Shown here piece after piece: positions 45,415 through 49,607 of a stretch of 49,607 nucleotides of DNA; position 1 is the first letter of the stretch; each line of letters begins with the position of its first letter. A program made the translations under genes and the position numbers. The notes below the pieces were generated by a model. It ran no database searches. It was not told the origin of the DNA and saw only the letters and a program-made list of their open reading frames with translations. Source of the stretch: an uncultured archaeon (GTDB lineage: Archaea > Altiarchaeota > Altiarchaeia > IMC4 > SCGC-AAA252-I15); assembly GCA_964587725.1 (NCBI GenBank), contig CAZPLO010000008.1, positions 1-49,607 on the forward strand, written 5' to 3'.

Positions 45415-45969
45415 ATGATATCTGTCTCATACAACGTCAGCAGATACCGCAGCCTCCTCTACGACACCGTTCAAGAGGGGGACACGGTGTTGGAGATAGG
45501 CCCCCACAGGGGCGGCAGCACCGACGCCTACGTCGGCAAGGCGGGGACGGTTGTGCTGGTGGACAAGGGCAGGGACTGCGCCTCCACACTGGAGGAGTAC
45601 GTCCGCAGCCACGGGAACGTAGCGTATGTGTGCGGCGACGCCCGCGGATTCGACGCCGTCACACTGGTGCTGGAACACATAGACAAATGCGATGTGTTGG
45701 CGGTGGACCTCGGCGGCGGCAGGTTCCCGGACACCGTGTTCAAGGTGTGGGCTACGTGGAGCGGAATATTCAAGCCCCGCGACTCCGTAATAAGGTGCAG
45801 GGGGCTGGCGGAGTTCCTCCGCCGCGCACAGGTACGTGATGAAACGCTTCCGGACTCCTTCGAAGACTGCGGGTGGCTGAGTGAATACGGCCGGGAGACA
45901 CCGTATAACCTGAAGAAACAGTTGGACGAATTGAGCCGGTGGGTGGACATCGACCAACCGCTGGAGTGA
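45415..45969 (+). CDS. Class I SAM-dependent methyltransferase-like protein
   Basis: 'DTVLEIGPHRG', 'VLVDK', 'GDAR', 'DVLAVDLGGGR.PD'. Confidence 0.7.
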   Translation: MISVSYNVSRYRSLLYDTVQEGDTVLEIGPHRGGSTDAYVGKAGTVVLVDKGRDCASTLEEYVRSHGNVAYVCGDARGFDAVTLVLEHIDKCDVLAVDLGGGRFPDTVFKVWATWSGIFKPRDSVIRCRGLAEFLRRAQVRDETLPDSFEDCGWLSEYGRETPYNLKKQLDELSRWVDIDQPLE

Positions 45970-45973
45970 TTAA

Positions 45974-46030
45974 AAACAGTTTACAGAATATTCTAAACTG
46001 TTTAAAGAATTTCTTAAATAATTTAAAAAT
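45974..46030. repeat. AT-rich 21-bp-period tandem/palindromic repeat between convergent genes
   Basis: aaacagtttacagaatattct / aaactgtttaaagaatttctt (16/21) + partial third copy; perfect 10-bp IR aaacagttta/taaactgttt. Confidence 0.55.
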
Positions 46031-46055
46031 CCGGCGGCCTGGGGTAGCCGCCGGA
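46025..46055 (-). terminator. Hairpin + T-tract terminator of the Cys-repeat gene
   Basis: tccggcggc, 8-nt loop, gccgccgga, followed by TTTTT on the minus strand. Confidence 0.65.
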
Positions 46056-46064
46056 CATATGTTT

Positions 46065-47981
46065 TTACAGCCACCCGAATAGTGTGTCCATTATGCCCTG
46101 GACGAAACCCCCCTGCCTTCTCAGGGTCGTGGTGGTGCCTTGCCGCAGCGTCGACGGGGTGGTGGGCCTGCACACGCACGCATCATTGCCTGCGTCGTCC
46201 ACCAGGTAGCGGCAGACATGGTTCTGCGGGCACACGCCTTCGGCACAGGTTTTTTCGCTGGGGTCTTCAACTGCCTCGCACCTGACCTCGGACACCGTAG
46301 GGGGGGCCTCTTCCTCTAGTATGCAGCTGCATTCTCCAGCCGCCCCAGGAGTCTGTATGTAGCGGCAGCTGTGCTCCGGCGGACACAGGCCGGCGGCGCA
46401 TGTCTTCTCGGAAGCGTCGTCTATGGCCTCGCATTTGATCTCCCCAGGCATTGTAGTTGACGTTGGTGGTATGCACTGGCATGAGCCGACTCCGGCGGCC
46501 GTTGGTGAGGGGACGTACCGGCACTTGTAGTCCGGTGGACAGACTCCCTCCACGCAGGCGTTGGCGGACGCGTCGGCAAATGCCTCACACCTCACCTGGC
46601 CGGGCTGGGTGGTTGTGGGGGGGTTTATGCAGACGCACTCCCCCACGTTGGCGGCTGTTGGAGACGGTATGTACCTGCATATCAGGTTTCCGGGGCATAC
46701 GGCTTCCGCACAGGTGTTCAGGCCTGCGTCGTCTACCGCCTCGCACCTTGTTACCCCGGGTAGGGTGGTTGTGGTGGATGAGCGTAGCACGCACCTGCAT
46801 GCCCCTACTGCAGCCGACGCCAGCGTAACGTATCTGCAGTCGTATTCGGGCGGGCAGACACCTTCCACGCATTCACCGGCGGATGTTGCGGACAATGCCT
46901 CACACCTCATCTGCGTGGGCAGTGTGGTGGTTGTTGCAGCGCATTCGCATGAGGGCGGCACATAGTGTGTGGCCACAGCCCCGGGGGCCATCGAACCAGG
47001 CCGGTATATGCAGTCCATGTCCGGGGGGCAGAGGCCTGCGGCACACGCCCTTGGTGAAGCGTATGCTATGGCGTCGCACCTGGGTGGGACGGTGGTGGTT
47101 GTGACGTACGGCTCGCATTCGCAGGAGCCTGGTACCACATGGGTTGCTACGACTCCTTCGGACATCGAACCCGGCTTGTAGACGCATCGGGTGTTCGGGG
47201 GGCACACGCCGACGGAGCACGTCCTCGCTGACGGATTCTCCACCGACTCACACCTAACAGGCAAGGTGGTTGTTGTAATCTGGGACTCGCACGGCACGCA
47301 GACGCAGCCCTGCCCCGCTGGGGCGTTCATGTGTGTGAGGGTCTGCTGGACTGCGGGCATGTACCTGCACACCCTGTTGGGGGGGCACAACCCCGTCATA
47401 CACATCCTCTCCGAGGGGTTGGTGAGGTCCTCACACCACGTGTACTGGAGTGTTGTGGTGGTCGTGTCCTCTTGGGGCACGCATTTGCAGACCGAGCTGA
47501 CGTGTGTCACAGCCGTCGACGTCACAACCCGGCAGACCTGGCCTGGTGGGCACACTCCGACCGAGCACCTGTCCGCGGACGCATACTGTATGGCTTCGCA
47601 CCGCAGTTGACTCGGCGGCTGAGTGGTTGAAGTAGCCTGAGTGCACACGCACCTGTTCGACACTGCACCAGATGCGCTGGTAACAATCGTGTAAGCGCAC
47701 ACTTGGTTGTTGGGGCAGTAGGCTTTGGCGCACGCCTCATCCGACGGGTCCTGAACCCGCTCACACCTTACAGTGGATTGCGTGGATGTGGTGGTCGCCC
47801 GTGAGAGTGTGGGGTCGAGCTGGTTGAGCGTGGGCGCGGGACGTAGTGTGGATGTCGTCGTGGTTGTCCTCTTGAGGTCCACTGTGTCCACAGTACGCAG
47901 TAGCGTTGAAGACGCTGTTCCAATCAGTGAGATAATCAATAGTGCAGTGCATAATTGCCTTAATATTTTCGTGTTGGCCAT
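46065..47981 (-). CDS. Secreted protein with ten tandem 6-Cys modules and Thr-rich linkers
   Basis: Signal peptide; C-x10-C-x4-C-x5-C-x(n)-C-x-C repeated 10 times; C-terminal amphipathic 'GFVQGIMDTLFGWL'. Confidence 0.85.
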   Translation of the reverse strand: MANTKILRQLCTALLIISLIGTASSTLLRTVDTVDLKRTTTTTSTLRPAPTLNQLDPTLSRATTTSTQSTVRCERVQDPSDEACAKAYCPNNQVCAYTIVTSASGAVSNRCVCTQATSTTQPPSQLRCEAIQYASADRCSVGVCPPGQVCRVVTSTAVTHVSSVCKCVPQEDTTTTTLQYTWCEDLTNPSERMCMTGLCPPNRVCRYMPAVQQTLTHMNAPAGQGCVCVPCESQITTTTLPVRCESVENPSARTCSVGVCPPNTRCVYKPGSMSEGVVATHVVPGSCECEPYVTTTTVPPRCDAIAYASPRACAAGLCPPDMDCIYRPGSMAPGAVATHYVPPSCECAATTTTLPTQMRCEALSATSAGECVEGVCPPEYDCRYVTLASAAVGACRCVLRSSTTTTLPGVTRCEAVDDAGLNTCAEAVCPGNLICRYIPSPTAANVGECVCINPPTTTQPGQVRCEAFADASANACVEGVCPPDYKCRYVPSPTAAGVGSCQCIPPTSTTMPGEIKCEAIDDASEKTCAAGLCPPEHSCRYIQTPGAAGECSCILEEEAPPTVSEVRCEAVEDPSEKTCAEGVCPQNHVCRYLVDDAGNDACVCRPTTPSTLRQGTTTTLRRQGGFVQGIMDTLFGWL

Positions 47982-48023
47982 TTTGGAGAATCATTTAAGG
48001 AATCGGTGGCGGCGGTTAATAAA

Positions 48024-48677
48024 TCAGATTACGGCTTTCTCGTATTCCTGTATCTCATCCCAGGTTATGGCGCATCCGGAGTACTTCAGCGCAGAGAGTG
48101 CGGCGGACAGCACGGTCTTGTCCTTCACCGCGTGCATCCTGGTCAGAACCCCTTTTTCGTAGGCGACCGCCGTCACGTCTGAGGAGCGTATTACGGGGAC
48201 GTCTGGAAGTATGCCCTGCAGCTTCTTCAGATTGGATTCGTTCAACTCCACCTTGGACTTGTTCCTGTGGGACAGTAGGTTCCTGAGTTCCCTGGGGTTT
48301 TCGATTAGCAATCGGGTTGTTCGCTCGTCTATCAGCAGTGCTTTCGCGTCGTCTTCGCCGGCGACGCCCAGGGCCTCCGCTTCGGCGGCGTGGATTATCT
48401 TCAAATCCCTGCCCTTGATACGGTATATCCTGTTGGAGGCGTCGAGTATCTGCTCCCCCAGGGTGGTGGACGGCTTCTCCACCACAATGTCGCCCCGGGA
48501 CAGCAGCCGGTTTATCCTCATCGACTCCAACGCGAACCGCTTGCTCGTCGACGGCTTAGTGATTATTTCATCGTATACCCTCGGGGTGATGGCGAACTGG
48601 ACGCCGAGGTTCCCCAGGAGGGGAGATAAGCAGTTCACCGCCAGCGAGATTATGCTGCTGGAGTCTGCGACAATCAT
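48024..48677 (-). CDS. PIN-domain-like protein
   Basis: 'IVADSSSIISL', 'VYDEII', 'AEAEAL..A', 'LLIDERTTR'. Confidence 0.7.
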   Translation of the reverse strand: MIVADSSSIISLAVNCLSPLLGNLGVQFAITPRVYDEIITKPSTSKRFALESMRINRLLSRGDIVVEKPSTTLGEQILDASNRIYRIKGRDLKIIHAAEAEALGVAGEDDAKALLIDERTTRLLIENPRELRNLLSHRNKSKVELNESNLKKLQGILPDVPVIRSSDVTAVAYEKGVLTRMHAVKDKTVLSAALSALKYSGCAITWDEIQEYEKAVI

Positions 48678-48711
48678 GGTTTATATATAGTAGACTTTTA
48701 AGATATAGGAT

Positions 48712-49260
48712 ATGGCAGTCCAGGTGAAGATTGAGAACATGGTATCCGCCATAACACTGGACACCGAAATCGACCTGCGTAAGTTCGTCGGCAAAGTCAA
48801 AGGCGTTGAGTATAATCCTGAAAACTTCCCCGGCGTCGTCTACCGGGTTCGTGACCCTAAGGTGGCGATGCTTATTTTCTCCAGCGGCAAGGTCATCTGC
48901 ACCGGCGCACGCACCACCGAAGACACTGAGGCGGCGGTGGAGAAGCTTAAGGAGAAGCTCGGGGAAGGCGGGGTGAAAGTGGAGGGAGAGCCTGTGGTGG
49001 AGGTGCAGAACATTGTCGCAAGCAGCGACGTTGGCGTTAAAGTGAATTTGGACCAGCTGGCCATCGAATGCTGGAACACGGAATACGAGCCCGAACAGTT
49101 CCCGGGGCTCGTATACCGCCTAGACAGCCCCAAAACCGTCATGCTCGTTTTCAGGTCTGGAAAGATGATCATCACAGGCGCCAAAAGCCCCAAGGACATA
49201 CGGGAAGCCGCCGAGAAAACAAAGGCCGTGGTCTACGAATACGACGCCATAATACCCTGA
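48712..49260 (+). CDS. tbp: TATA-box-binding protein
   Basis: Two repeats 'YNPENFPGVVYR..DPK...LIFSSGKVICTGA' and 'YEPEQFPGLVYR...PK...LVFRSGKMIITGA'. Confidence 0.96.
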   Translation: MAVQVKIENMVSAITLDTEIDLRKFVGKVKGVEYNPENFPGVVYRVRDPKVAMLIFSSGKVICTGARTTEDTEAAVEKLKEKLGEGGVKVEGEPVVEVQNIVASSDVGVKVNLDQLAIECWNTEYEPEQFPGLVYRLDSPKTVMLVFRSGKMIITGAKSPKDIREAAEKTKAVVYEYDAIIP

Positions 49261-49402
49261 AAAACTGATTTCAGCGGTGAGGATTATTATAGGACTACCC
49301 CTTTCAAGTGCCACTTTAGGGTTAGAATCCCGGACAACTGGTTTTTATATCATGAAAAAGAAAGATATAATCGAACCTTTATCTATCTATGAGGGGGGAA
49401 AC

Positions 49403-49607
49403 ATGAAGAAAATGAAAAACAGAGGTTTGATGGGAATCGGGACACTGATAATATTCATTGCAGTGATCCTGGTTGCTGCTGTCGCTGCTGCCGTGTTGAT
49501 TTCAACGTCGGGCAGCCTGCAGCAGAGGTCGTTGACGACCGGTTCCCAGGCAGAGGAGGGAGTCTCCACAGGAGCCGAGGCGGTTTCTGTGATGGCTACC
49601 GACGGAG
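49403..49607 (+). CDS. arlB: Archaellin (archaeal flagellin), 5' partial, absent from ORF track
   Basis: MKKMKNRG|LMGIGTLIIFIAVILVAAVAAAVLISTSGSLQQR; RBS gagggggg; runs off window end. Confidence 0.92.
   Translation, partial: MKKMKNRGLMGIGTLIIFIAVILVAAVAAAVLISTSGSLQQRSLTTGSQAEEGVSTGAEAVSVMATDG

Noticed and set aside
49360-49387. dif-like site (agatataa-tcgaac-ctttatct)
   Set aside because: Arms only 6/8 complementary and it lies in the archaellin promoter region; no xerA in the window.
49387-49569. 60-aa minus-strand ORF
   Set aside because: Antisense to the archaellin gene.

Overview
GC-rich archaeal chromosomal segment. Archaeal markers are TBP, an Sm protein next to rpl37e, RNase P subunits Rpp21 and Rpp30, a split GMP synthase subunit B, an intron-containing tRNA and an archaellin. 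Thr-rich linkers and the pilus gene set suggest a DPANN/Altiarchaeota-like organism, but that is inference only. Housekeeping content includes metG, smc, amt-glnK, a three-gene G3PDH-like flavoprotein operon and several enzymes and transporters. The main block (about 10.9-27.1 kb) is a type IV pilus locus. It holds two TadB/C-like platform proteins, a VirB11/CpaF ATPase, an oppositely oriented single-domain KaiC ATPase, a wHTH/Pro-rich/DUF2226-like/wHTH protein, four class III signal-peptide pilin-like proteins (two are giant Cys-rich adhesins, one with a vWA domain) and a divergent FG-GAP propeller/TPR membrane protein. Structure not explained by the genes: (i) a modular repeat system bracketing a RelE-type toxin-antitoxin pair at the window start; (ii) a 39-bp, 21-bp-periodic intergenic element present at both 9.9 kb and 37.2 kb; (iii) a small island at the metG 3' end with an Mrr-like nuclease and a G-to-A-biased duplicate of the metG tRNA-binding domain; (iv) a secreted protein with ten copies of a 6-Cys module, plus a tandem GILT-like thiol oxidoreductase. 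No CRISPR array, transposase, integrase or reverse transcriptase was recognised. All calls come from reading motifs by eye, with no database searches.
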